From assembly GCF_006345805.1 (NCBI RefSeq), contig NC_042998.1, forward strand, positions 140,120,001-140,184,000: a stretch of DNA of 64,000 bases, in the 5' to 3' direction. Numbering within the stretch: position 1 is the first letter of the stretch; every line of letters begins with the position of its first letter. Origin of the DNA: Octopus sinensis (taxonomy: Eukaryota). The position numbers and the translations under genes are program-made. Shown here in pieces: positions 12,688 to 25,612 of this stretch. The notes beneath the pieces were generated by a model, which was not told the DNA's origin, made no database searches, and saw only the letters and a program-made list of their open reading frames with translations.

Positions 12688-12736
<49 letters not shown>

Positions 12737-14035
12737 TTATTGTATCTTATTTGTCTTCCTTTTTTAGTTCTTACATGAAACACAAAACTAAATAATCTGT
12801 TGGTGTCAGCAATACACTGTGTATGGGAGTGTATGTGTGTGAGAGAGAGAGAGAGGTGGGGGTGAGAAAGGTGAGATATAATTGATTGGAAGGTAACATT
12901 CAAGAAATCTGGCCACTAATCCAGTCTTAAATTTAGGAACAAGGCAATTTTCTTGGGTGAAGGGGTTACTCAATTACATTGACCCCCCACCCTCCACCCC
13001 CAAGTACTTAACCAGTACTATATTTTATCAACTTTGAAAGGTTAAAAGGCAGGATAAGTGTGACTGTGTGGTAAGGAGACTGCTTCCCAACCACTTGGTT
13101 TCATGTTCAGTCCCCCTGCATGGTACCTTGGCTGTCTTCTACAATAGCTTTGGTAAAAAGAAACTGAAAGAAGCCCATCATGTGTGTATAAGTATTACTG
13201 TCTCCTTATGTTTGACATTGCATAATATTTGTAAACATGCTAACAGTGCCATGCTAACAGTATCCTTTGATTCCAATCTTCTATGGAAATGTTTAATTAC
13301 AAGGAAATATTACCTAACTTGGTAATGAGTAAGAGTTGGCTGCAGGAAGGTCCTCCAGCCATCAACAAAATTCCATGTAAACATGGAAAAGGAGACATTA
13401 AACTGATGATGATTATGAATGTAAAGTGTAGGAAGACATACCACTAAGCATTTTTTTTCTGATTTACTTAATAATCCTGCCAAATTGTCACCCTGAAACC
13501 AACCATGATAATTCTTTCTAGTTTTGGTACAAAGCCAGCAGTTTTGAGGGAAGTAGGGAGTGAATTACACTCACCACAATACTGGACTGGAGCTTTATTT
13601 TATCAACCCTGAAAAGATGAAAAAGTAAACTTGGCCTCAGCAGGATTTGAACTCAGAATGTTATGTAATGTTGAGTTGGAAGAGATACTGCTAAGCATTT
13701 TGTCTGATGCACTAATAATTCTGCTAGTTTGCTGCTTTTCAAACCAACAGTCATAATAAAATCACACATACACACACAAACACATGCACAGATATGCATA
13801 CACACATACCTACACCAATCTCACACAAGCATGACAACAGACACAACATTATGGCATGTTCTGCTTCAAACATCAGTAGGAAGATTGATATCTGCTTCAA
13901 TACCGTTACATTTAAATACTATGAGGGCCAGTTCCTACAATCATAGAGACAAATGTAAACACGACTGAGTACAAGAGTAGTAGATTATTGCCTCAGCTTT
14001 AATTGTACAACATCTCACTTATGGATATTTAAATT

Positions 14036-14358
14036 AAGGTAAAGACCCCCTTCGGTCATGAATGACCATGGAACTGCTCCTAGAAAGTTACCTTCCAAGA
14101 CACAAGTCCATGCAAGGTCGTTTATGGAAGACCAACATACCATACTCTTCTCTCAATGCCATTGATGTTATCCTAGGGAAAGGCAGAAACCAATACAGCC
14201 TGGTACCAGTGACGTCACAACTCATTTCTACAGATGGGTACAACATGAAATAAAGTTTTCTTGCTCAAGAACATAGCACACAACCCAGTCCAGGAACTGA
14301 ACTCACTACCTCATGATTGTAAGCTTGAAGCTCTAACCACTGAGCCATGTGCCTTCAC
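14036..14358 (-). mobile_element. tRNA-derived SINE (same family as 43968-44301)
   Basis: Reverse complement begins gaaggcacatggctcagtggttagag (A box) and ends catgaccgaagggggtc. Confidence 0.8.
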
Positions 14359-15300
14359 ATTTAAATTTAAATTATTACATCACAATTAGCAGATCTTTAC
14401 TCCAGACAACCAAATACTACCAATCGTTGGCTCAGTTGTGTGGTGTATCTAGACCAAGATTCCTGTTACTGCTTGTAGAAGGCTTTCATAATTCTAGTCC
14501 TACCATAATATTTTAAATGTCCTGTTTTCCATGCTTGCATGGGTCAGATAAATTTGTTTTGTTGATGCAGATTTTCTACAGCCAGATGCTCTTCCTGTTG
14601 ATAACCTTCTGTTACCGTGTATGGTAGCATTTCCCTTTGGTTCAACACATTTTTGTGGAAAGCTAGTAATGAATGACAACACTTGCATGATGGTGAGTTA
14701 TGACCACCATGTGATGTCAAAACAGAGAGACACACATTTATCATCAACATTTGATGTTCATTTTCCCTGCTGGCATGGGTTGGACAGCTTGACAAGAACT
14801 GGCAAGACCAGAGGCCACACCAGGTTCCATAGTCTGTTTTTGCTCAGTTTCTATGGCTGGATGCTCTTCCTAGCTAACACCAACCACTCCACAGAATATA
14901 CTGGGTATTTTTTCTGAAGCACCAACACTCACACCAATGCTTTTTACGTGGAGCCTTGATTTTAGGGCCTCAATTCTGTTGTGGTGGGTAGTTTTTCTCA
15001 AATACAGCAATGCACTACATATTTCAGTCCTGTGTCATCTTCATAAGGTTCAGTGTTTTGTCCCATTTTTATCCCATATAAAATGGGCTAAAACCTGGAC
15101 AACTGACTTGCCAAAATGTCAGCTGCAGAAACCTAAAACCACCTGTTATTATCCTTCAAGATACAGGCTATAGCCCCTACTCAAAATACCATTTCTGTTT
15201 TGTTATTGATAAGACCTTTAAGGATCGGGTCTTGAAGATAGAATAGCTTCTGAGAATGACATTCATTATATTACTCAGGTAACTTATAAGTATTTATCCA

Positions 15301-15680
15301 CAAGGCACAGGTGTGGCTGTGTAGTAAGAAGTTTGCTTCCAAACTACATGGTTCTAGGTTCAGTTTCACTGCATGGAACCTTGGTAAAGTTTCTTCTACT
15401 ATATAGCCCCACACCAAACAAAACCTTGTGAGTGGATATGGCTGGTAGAAACTGAAAGAAGCTCACTGTGTGTATTTGTGTGTGTTTGTCCCCTACCAGC
15501 ACTTGATAACCAGTGTTGGTTTCTTTATATCCATGTCATTTAGCAGTTCAGCAAAAGGGCCTGACCAGGCTTAAAAATAAGTACTGGGGTCTATTTGCTT
15601 GACTAAGCCCTTAAAAGATAGTAGTACCCCAGCATGGCTGCAGTCCACTGACTGAAACAAGTAAAACATGAAAAGAAAGA
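15301..15680 (+). mobile_element. tRNA-derived SINE with an internal GT tract and a ccagcatggctgcagtc...gaaacaagtaaaa tail
   Basis: Head tggctgtgtagtaag...ggttcagtt. Other copies at about 24602-24990, 13050-13410 and 31893-32298; tails at 1760-1968, 2143-2370 (-) and 34540-34795. Confidence 0.8.
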
Positions 15681-16996
15681 AAGCTAAAGGTTATGTTCAA
15701 AGTGATAGTACGGAACTTGTATGGTGGATGTACATCAATGAAATGAATACCTAGGCTGACCTGTAGTCAATTTGGACCACATACTCTTTGTAGATGCCAA
15801 GTTCTATCTTCACATTGACTCATATAGGCAAGGAGAGAGTATTTAACTTCATACAATTCTACAATCAGTTCTCTGATGTGTCTAAGAAAAAGATGGCAGA
15901 ATTCAGAAATATATCTATCTGTGCAGTGAGGAAATCAGTGTTTACTTCTTAAAACAACATCTGAGTGATGAAAATGACCAAATAACTGACTGATGAAAAT
16001 AGCCAAATGCATTAGGTTTAGATTTTAAAACCAAGGTGCCGCATGAAAAGCATTTAGCATGGCACCAGTGCTACATAAAATGCACTGGTGCTGGTGCCAC
16101 ATAAAAAGCACCCAGTACATTCTGTAAAGTGGTTGGCATTAGGAAGGACATCCAACTGTAGAAACCAAACCAAAGCAGATTATGGAACCTGGTGTGACCC
16201 CCTGGCCTTGCCATTTCTTGTCGAGTCATCCAACCCAAACAAGAATGGAAAATGGACGTTAACAATGAAGATGATGGTTAGTACTAGGGTTTAATCTCAG
16301 ATGACTCTTTTGGTATTAGTACAGATGTAAGCTGTATCAACCTGACTCCTGGTTGTTAGATTGCATCATAATTTAGTCAATATCTTATATATGGTGAGTT
16401 GGCAGAATTATTAGCATGTCGGAAGTAATGCTTAGCAGCATTCACTCCAGCTGTTCACATTGTGAATTCAAATTATGCCAAGGTCACCTTTGCTTTTCAT
16501 CCTTTTGGGGATCAATAAAATAAAATACCAGCCAAGTACAACTAAGTATTGGAGTTGATATAATTGATTTGACCCCTTCCCTCAAATTTGTTAGAGATAC
16601 TTTAGTATGTGATATTGTGATGTAAGGTGATGGGGAAGGGTCTCTGCTGTATTCATTGATTTAGTGAAACCAATGAATACTTAAAGCATTTCACTGCTTT
16701 TGTTCTTTGAATTTCTCTTCTGTCTAGCAAAGTATTATAGATCATATTATCCATACTGACTTTTTGGTAAAGTACTAATTTTTCGTTTCTTTATTTTTTT
16801 TTAGTCCATCTGCAGCTCAATATAACTAGGTCTCTGAGAGTTTGTAAAACTTTAACTTCCTAAAAACTCTATTACTGCTCTAATGCTTTAGAGTGTGCTT
16901 CTTTTTTGGATGTCTGAACTACTGACAATTTATATATATGTGTGTTTGTGTGTGTGATATATATATATAATATTTATATATACATATATATGTATA

Positions 16997-17028
<32 letters not shown>

Positions 17029-17071
17029 TATTTATATATATATATCATATATATATATATAATTATATATA

Positions 17072-17320
17072 CGAGCAAAACGCCCCACCCCCCGGTCCAA
17101 TGGACGGTGCTGATGTACTTGCATGTACAAATGCACGTTCCCATGGCTTTATCGATCACATTTTCACCTGGAATCAATTTTTGTAATTGTTTCAAGATAT
17201 ATACACGCCCTGATACCATAAGCATCTACATATAAAATTTGAGCACAATCAGATGGAGGATGCTTGAGATCCTAGAAGACACACACACACAGACAGACAG
17301 AACAGATTTTATATAAGAGA
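17072..17320 (-). mobile_element. Short non-autonomous Helitron-like element
   Basis: On the minus strand it starts TCTCTTATATAAAA, carries a (CTGT)n tract, and ends with a GC hairpin and a CTCG variant of CTAG inside a TA tract. Confidence 0.55.
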
Positions 17321-17402
17321 ATGAGCATTATACAAATACATCTGTTTTGTACACCACCTGTCTTTGTCTTTTGTTTTTTTCGTAAACTCTCCCTATATAT
17401 AT

Positions 17403-17850
17403 CATCATCATCATCATCATCGTTTAGCGTCCGTTTTCCATGCTAGCATGGGTTGGACGGTTCTACTGGGGTCTGTGAAGCCAGAAGGCTTCATCAGGCC
17501 CAGTCATATCTGGCAGTGTTTCTACGGCTGGATGCCCTTCCTAACGCCAACCACTCCGTGAGTGTAGTGGGTGCTTTTTACGTGCCACCCGCACAGGTGC
17601 CAGACAGAGCTGGCAAACGGCCATGAACGGATGGTGCTTTTTATGTGCCACCGGCACGGGGGCCAGGCGAGGCTGGCAACGGACACGAACGGATGGTGCT
17701 TTTTACGTGCCACTGGCACGAGGCCAGTCGGCAACGGTCGCGAAACGGAAGGTTCTCTTACATGCCACCGGCACTGGTAACACATCTGCAATTTCCATTG
17801 ATCGATTTCGATTCTGATCCTCACTTGCCTCAACAGGTCTTCACAAGTAG
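17403..17850 (-). mobile_element. 5'-truncated RTE 3'-UTR copy with a (GAT)n tail and about 55-60-bp internal repeats
   Basis: Reverse-complement homology to 54550-55075. CpG-rich, so probably young. Confidence 0.8.
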
Positions 17851-17852
17851 AG

Positions 17853-17948
17853 TTTATATATATATATATATGTATATATATAATATTTATATATATAATA
17901 TAAATACGTGTGTATGTTTATAATATATATATGTGTGTGTGTGTGTAT

Positions 17949-17980
<32 letters not shown>

Positions 17981-18018
17981 ATATATATGTATTATGTATA
18001 TATGTATTTGTATATATA

Positions 18019-18085
<67 letters not shown>

Positions 18086-18086
18086 A
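17853..18086. repeat. Long interrupted (TA)n tract
   Basis: Direct inspection. Confidence 0.95.
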
Positions 18087-18447
18087 CTAGCTGAAGGTGA
18101 CCCGCTCTACGCGCGGGTAAGAGTGTGGTTGTTACTTTCTGTTGCTTCCTTTCAGCATGTAAAAAGCACCATCCGAACGTGGCCGATTGCAGCGCCGCCT
18201 TGACTGGCTTCTGTGCCGGTGGCACGTAAAAAGCACCAACTGATCGTGGTCGCTGCCAGCCCCCCTGGCACCTGTGCCGGCAGCACGAAAAAAGCACCCA
18301 CTACGCTCACAGAGTGGTTGGTGTTAGGAAGGGCATCCACCTGTAGAAACACTGCCAGATCAGACTGGAGCCTGGTGCAGCCTCCTGGCTTCCCAGACCC
18401 CGGTCAAACTGTCCAACCCGTGCTAGCACGGAAAACGGACGTTAAAC

Positions 18448-18478
<31 letters not shown>

Positions 18479-20010
18479 CTCCCTCTTTGTTTCTCTCTCA
18501 CTTTCCCCACTCTCTTACTCTTCCTTTCTCTTGGACTCTCCCTCGCTTTCTCTTACTCTATCTTTATCTATCTCTCTCCCATTTATAAACAACAAAAGAT
18601 CTTGAGTAAGTTGAGAAATAAAATATTTAGAAAGATCAATCATAAATATCAGGCAGTAACAATGGAAAGGTCTGCTTCAAAGCAGACAGCAAAACACTAA
18701 CATTTAAAAGGGACAGACAAACTTGCGAGCTGAATAAAAATAATAAAATATTGGAAACCAAAGTTTGAAGGGATAGAATCTGAGGATAGTAGAGTCACCA
18801 TGGACAGTTTAACGGCTGGCGTAAAATTTTGAACTTGATGTAAAAGAAAATCCCTAAACACCAAGTTTTGAAGTGATTCTTTCTCACGTCAGTAGACTCA
18901 CCATGGCAAGCATTCAAAACTTCTTCATCATGGACGGCAACACATTGACGATTAAAAGGCTGACGCAAATTTTTTAGCTTGCTGTAACAGAGAATTCCTA
19001 AACACCCGCTCCTTTAAATTTTAATCCCCTTCCAGCCCCATTTAGACCCTTTTCACATTTTGGTTACTATAACCCGATTTCATTTGGGTCCACTGGGGTC
19101 ACATTTTATAAGATGAGGAATTTTGTCCTAGAGGTCACGCCTTTCATTTGAGGGAAAAAACTAGTTGTCATGCAAACTTGCGAGCACTTTTAACATAGGT
19201 CTGCATATTTTCAGCTCAACCAACCACATAATGCACACATTATATATATATATATATATATGTATATATGTGTGTGTTGGAGTCTCTCTCATACGTGAGC
19301 GTTGACGCTGAATTCGACTGGTAAGCCGGTAACCTTGTCTTTGTTGAAATAGTTGTGAGCTGCTGGAGTTATTTCTCTGACGGGTAATAGGAATTTCCAT
19401 ATCCTCCGAGGAAATTAACTGTTGACCCAGACAATTAGAATTAATTTTAATAAAAGCATCAATTTAAGAAAAAATAATAAAGTAGTAAAAAATGAAAATT
19501 TAGCACGAAAAATTTGCAGGGTTCTAAATAAATGTTAAAATGTAATAGATACGAAAAACCTACGTTATCACCAGAACACGAACGCTGGTTGGTGTGTTCT
19601 GTTTGTATTTGCTCCGTTGGCGCGTTGACAGGCAGACAATAGAATGCGATGGTGGTGGCGATGATAATTCTCTCTATGAATGTAGACAGATACATAAAAG
19701 AAGGCCGTTTGAGGAAGTGAAAGTAATGGGAATGTATGAAATAGAGTGAGTGAAAAAGTGCTGGGAAGAGAGGAAATAGCGAGAGTGAGTTGAGGAAGAC
19801 AGATACATTAAAGAACCGGAGTGGTCTTGTCAAAGTGGGTTTTTGGCCCTAGCAACGACACCGTTTAAGATAGGGATTTCTAAGGTAGCCCACGGGCATC
19901 GTCACCTCATTTTACATGTCCCTGTAAATTTTGGAGTCAATCGGACAGGATGTAGTGGCCTTGAAAGCGATCCAAGCGGTAAAAACACATTTCAGTTTTA
20001 TATATAGAGA
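18087..20010 (-). mobile_element. About 1.9-kb non-autonomous Helitron-like element with a nested RTE-tail fragment (about 18155-18476)
   Basis: Minus strand reads A|TCTCTATATATAAAA ... hairpin ACCCGC-7nt-GCGGGT (18100-18118) ... CTAG|T. These are the canonical 5'-TC, 3'-hairpin-CTRR ends in an A|T site with no TSD. Confidence 0.7.
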
Positions 20011-20024
20011 TATGTATGTATATA

Positions 20025-20072
<48 letters not shown>

Positions 20073-23000
20073 TTTGGTCAAAAAATGATGTGTGCTACCC
20101 ATGACCTTTTGGCATTTATTTCAAACTGGATAGATCAATGTGACTGATATTCAATCTGAACTTAAACTGGTTCATGTCAGTAGGGATGATTTAATTAAAG
20201 ACTAGGAGAATTGGGAAAGCTGTTTCATATGTAGGATAACAAGAAATGGAAAGGTGAGTGCATTGAATGAACACCAATACAGAGAGAGTATTTCAGCAGA
20301 GATTGACACAGAAGAAACAGGATATGTTTGATCATGTGGTCATACTTTGTTGTGGAATATATTGTTTAGCCAATCAACCAACAAGCTTTTTTTTTATGTG
20401 TTTTAGAAGGATCATCTCTCAGCATTTGTTTTACACCTATTCCCTATCTTTAACCATCTCTTACTCTTCCTACATACTCTTGCACCATGCACTTCCTGAT
20501 TTCCTGAACTCAATCACTTCTTCTCACCTTGTATTTTGAGAGTCCATCTGGACACATTGTCATCAATATTTTATCTCTTTCCAGCTCTACCCTGGCCACC
20601 CTCACCCTTCTTGTAGCTCCCCTACACTAAGAAACCTGTTCTAGACTCTTCTTCTTATACTTTAAACCTTTAGCACACTGATTTGCCCCTAGAATTGTTT
20701 CACCTGCCAATGTAATATTTTTGAGGGAGCAAAATGCATGAGCTCCTACTGTTTTAAAATTCTCATTGTATTGCATGTACAGATATATTTGTATACTAAT
20801 AAAGGAATGGACGAGTAATATTTTGATGTAATGCATTATGTTCGGCTTGCATGTTTTGACATTGAAAAAATCCCACAACAAAACAAAAAGCACGAATGTG
20901 TTGACATAAACAGCATAATCTGGGCAAGGCCTGCCAGGTTGATTTCAAAGTTTGTGTACCTCATGGTGAGTAAATAAACAATGAAAATAGCATCAGAAAA
21001 CAGAAGTTTGGCTTTGTTCTGAATCAAAAGTAGGCTGTTTCCAGCTTTAATTACTGGAAATAAACTTTGTAAAATGCTTATTTTAACCCCCACCCTTAAA
21101 GCAACACAAGGCACCTGAAGCTACTGAGGGCAAAAACTCATGGGCAACAAATTGCAACAACATTGTGGAGAAGGTTAACCCCTCAACCCATAGTGTAAGA
21201 CCACCTTCTTCCATTGTAGCCCCATTCAGTTGAAGGGAATCTTAGTCTTGTAGGCTGCATGGCACCATGAACAAAGTATCTCATACTTGCTCTAAAATGG
21301 TTGACATTAGGAAGGGCATCCAGCTGTAGAAACCATACCAAAGCAGAGACTGGGGTATGATGCAGTCCTTAGATCCAATAGATCCTGTCAAATAATCCAA
21401 ACCATCCCTGCATGGAACATGGAATTAAATGATGATGATGATGATGATACCATTCAAGAACAACAGAAAATGTATTTAGAATATAAGAAAGTTATTCTGG
21501 ATAAAATCTTAGAAGATGAATATGACTGATAAAATACAAGTTAATAATAGAAACTGTTGAAACTTGCCAATGACGGTAATTAAGAGAAATAGTCATGCTT
21601 AATTTTCACCAAAAGACTAAACAAACACTTGTTGTAAGAGACAATGCTTTTATGTTTTGATCATGTTAGAAATTTGACATGAACATTGATAAGATAAGAA
21701 ATATTGAATTTCTAAATCTCTCGTAGAGACATGTACGGTGGTGGGGCGATAGAATGGTTGTATACTGTCAATCTAACAAGAACGTGACAGTAGGGGGTAC
21801 ACCACCGTTGTATAGCCCTAGGAGGCATCGAACGCCTCCTGACAGCTTCGACACATTTTTTCCCTGTGTCCTTACAGCTACACTGTTGTATTAGGACAGT
21901 CATCCAGATGTTCCAGCCTTTCATTTTAATCTATTCCTAAACTCTACATGTATCATCATCATCATCATCATCATCATTTAACGTCTGTTTTCCATGCTAG
22001 CATGGGTTGGACGGTTTTGACTGAGGGCTGGCAACCAGATGGCTGTACCAGGCTCCAGTCTTGATCTAGCAGAGTTCCTACAGCTGGATGCCCTTCCTAA
22101 TGCCAACCACTCTGAGAGTGTAGTGGGTGCTTTTTATGTGCCACCTGCATGGGGGCCAGTCAGGCGGTACTGGCAATGACCTCGCTCGAATCTTTTTACA
22201 CATGCCAGATCAGAATAATTAACAACAGCTTCTGGGATGATAAGAAAATAATATAACTAAATATTTAACTGTCTCAGCATCATATCTCTATAACAATTCC
22301 ATCAGTTAGGATTGATAATGTCACCATGTATTTTACAATCTAGAAAGTGCCTGTCTGAGGTACAAATCTGCTCAAGATTTTTTTTTATTTTTATAGCATA
22401 CTAGCAGTGGGTCACATAGCAAATTTCCTTTTTCCTTGCCATTATTGTTGTCTAAGAGGAAACACACCAGTGCTGCTACTGCTAAGCACCAGTGCCATCA
22501 CAGAACATCAAGTTGGAACAGGGACTAGTTTTCTAACAATTCCACATTTCTACATCCTGGACTTGCATATTATTACTTTATCAGCCCCTGCAAAAAAAAA
22601 AAAAAAAACTGAAAGGCAAATTTGCCTTCAGATGAGTTTGAACTCTGAAAATAAAGAACCAGAAAGAAATACTCCAATGCATTTTGTAACATACTTCAAC
22701 AGTTCTCCCAATCCACCACCATGTTATCTGCTCCACAACACTAAAGATGCGGTGCCATAGCCAAAGCTTTAAACATGCAAACTATCATGCTACCACCTGA
22801 CTTTAACCTCAATCTTGGATAATTTAACTCCACTAAAAGATTCTTGAAGGTTGATTAACCAGACAATAGTTTACAGAAATATGTTATAGCTGGATCCAGA
22901 CTTCTGGAGTCAACAATATGATACTTTTTTTTTTTTATTAAAAAAAAATAAAAGAAATTGTTTCCGTATGGGCAGCGTTGCATAATCAATATCAACAGTC

Positions 23001-23105
23001 TAAATGCTGCTCCATTTGTTCGTCATCCCTTTACCTCTTGAATAGTTTTTTTGAAAGAGAAGTTAACAAGTTTCAAATATTTTGTGATATAAAATAAGAG
23101 TAGTA

Positions 23106-23144
<39 letters not shown>

Positions 23145-25581
23145 TAACAAACAGAAAAGCATTTTAGCCATAACTGTATCTGATGGTAACTTTCAAAAGA
23201 ATCTCTTGCAACTTAACTGTCCTATAAATAGCTGCTGCATCTTGTTACCATAGCTACTGTGACTAAATTTGAATAGCCAAAAAATAATAATAATAATAAC
23301 AATAATAAATACAAATAAAAACAAATTTTAACCATGGTTGGGGCAACAACAAAAACTAACCCGGAATCTGTAAAAGAATAAAAGAAAGAAAATTGAATAG
23401 TAACAAAGAAGAGAGATTGCAATCAAAGAATTTTACCAATTATATCCACACTGCTGGGTTGACCATCATCACATATCTTTTTCTATCTCCAATTATAGTC
23501 CCCCAGAATCAGAATCGACTGAATATATTTCTCTTGTTCTTGTCGTTTCTTTTTCCATTCTTTACTTCTTTGAAGGTTTTTTTTTTTCTTGTGATCTTCA
23601 TACTATATTTTTAGAGCATTGATTGGTTCTTTCTTCATCTCTCTTGCAAAAGATTTTTATCCTCTTTCATTGTTTTCCAGCCTACCACCCTTTCTTCATC
23701 TCATATTTCATTGATAACTAAAGACAAAATCAAAGACTCAATTCTTCCTTGATTTTGAACTTCTGCCTTTGATTAAACTTCACAGGTTTTCGATTAATAT
23801 GTGGTTGGCAAAGGAAAAAAAACAATAAAATAAAATAATAAAAAAATACAAAATACAAAAAAAATGCAATCAGTAAACTGATTACAACATTTCTCTCCTT
23901 TGAAAATCAAACAAACAAAACCAAAAATAATAATAATAACAATAACTTCTTTATTGTGTGTGTGGTACTTCAAAAATATACCGTACTACTTCAAAACACC
24001 CCCTCTACTACTCCAATGGCGTTTTATTATTATTGCTAAAAAAATATAAATGAAATGTAATGATGATGATGATGGTGATGATGACAGCGATGATGATCGC
24101 TGTGTGTATGTATGTGTTTGTTTGTCTCAATGTGTTTGTCTGTGTGTGTGCGCGTTGTTTGTGCGGCTTCTTTGATGTCATAAGTATCTGGCAAAATTGA
24201 TTTTAATCTATCCTGTAAACTTCCTCAAGATCAACCAAGAGGTATTTTCAAATTTTTATCAAATTATCAGCAAACGTTGTTAATGTCGTCAGAATGCTGA
24301 AATCTCATCAGAGGAATTCGTTCTAAAGCCAGAGAGCCTAAATTTTTATTCCTGGCTTTTCAATAGCCAAACTTTTTTTTCTCTTTTAGATTTAGATAAT
24401 AAAGCATAAAACTTAAAATAAATAACATAAAATAAAAGAAATTTTAGGGTGTAAATAATTAACAATTGTGATCTCAAACCCTTGACCACTAAAATATTTA
24501 CTGGATGGTTTTCAGAGATAGTGGCGGGAAGTGGGGGTTGAATTAAGGAGTAGGGTGAGGGAAGAGGATGTATTCCTTGTTTCATTTGTTTTGTTCTTTT
24601 TAAGGGCAGGTATGGCTGTATAGTAAGAAGTTTTCACAGCCACATGATTCCAGGTTCAGTCCCACTGTGTGACACCTTGGGCAAGTGTCCTCTACTATAG
24701 TCCCATGTTGGAAAAAGCCTTGTGAGTGTATTTGATAGAAGGAAACTGAAAGAAGCCCATCATGTACATATATGTGTGTGTGTGTGTGTGTGTGTGCACA
24801 TTTGTCCTCCACCACTGCTTAACTGGTGTTTTTTGTTGACATCCCACAACTTAGTGTTTCAGAAAAAAGAGACCAAGAGAATAAATAACTAGGTATAAAA
24901 AGAAATCCTGGGATTTACCTGTTTAACTAAAAATTCTCCAAGTTGGTGCCCCAGCATGGCTGCAGTCTAATGATTGAAATGAATAAAAGATAAACTATAA
25001 AAGTATACACTTGAGTGACTCCCTCATTGTCATATTAGGGACCTATAACCCAGCAAATGGGTCTTTCTGTAATTGCTCGATCTGCTAGAAATAGTCACTA
25101 CATCTTTGGTTTCAGTATGTGATGCAGTGGCTAGTACAGCTTAGTGTACACCTTGTCTCAGAAAAAGAGGGGATGAGCATAGCTGGAATACCTTTTATCG
25201 TAAATCTACTTGATCATGGCTTGCCTGGCAAACAAATAATAGATGACTCTTAAACACACACATTTATATCATTATCATCACTTAACAACATCCATATTCC
25301 ATGCTGACATAGGTTGGATAATTTGACAGAGTCTGACATGTTCAAGAACTGTATCATGCTCGACTGTCTGCTTTGATATGGTTTTTACTGCTGGATACCC
25401 TGCCCTTCCTTGCACCAACCAAATGTACACAAATGGAGAGAGAGAAACAAAGAAAAGAAAGAAAGGGACTGTTGCCTATAGTTACACAGAAAGTGTACAA
25501 AACATGCATAAAATGTATGATGCAGCATGGTCATGAGAGATGAGCATTTATGCTAATCTGGAGAGGCTAGCAAGAAGCTTG

Positions 25582-25612
<31 letters not shown>

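Noticed and set aside
17908-18297. Tyr/Ile-rich ORFs (also at 2391-2719 and 55103-55423)
   Set aside because: Translations of (TA)n/(TG)n microsatellites.
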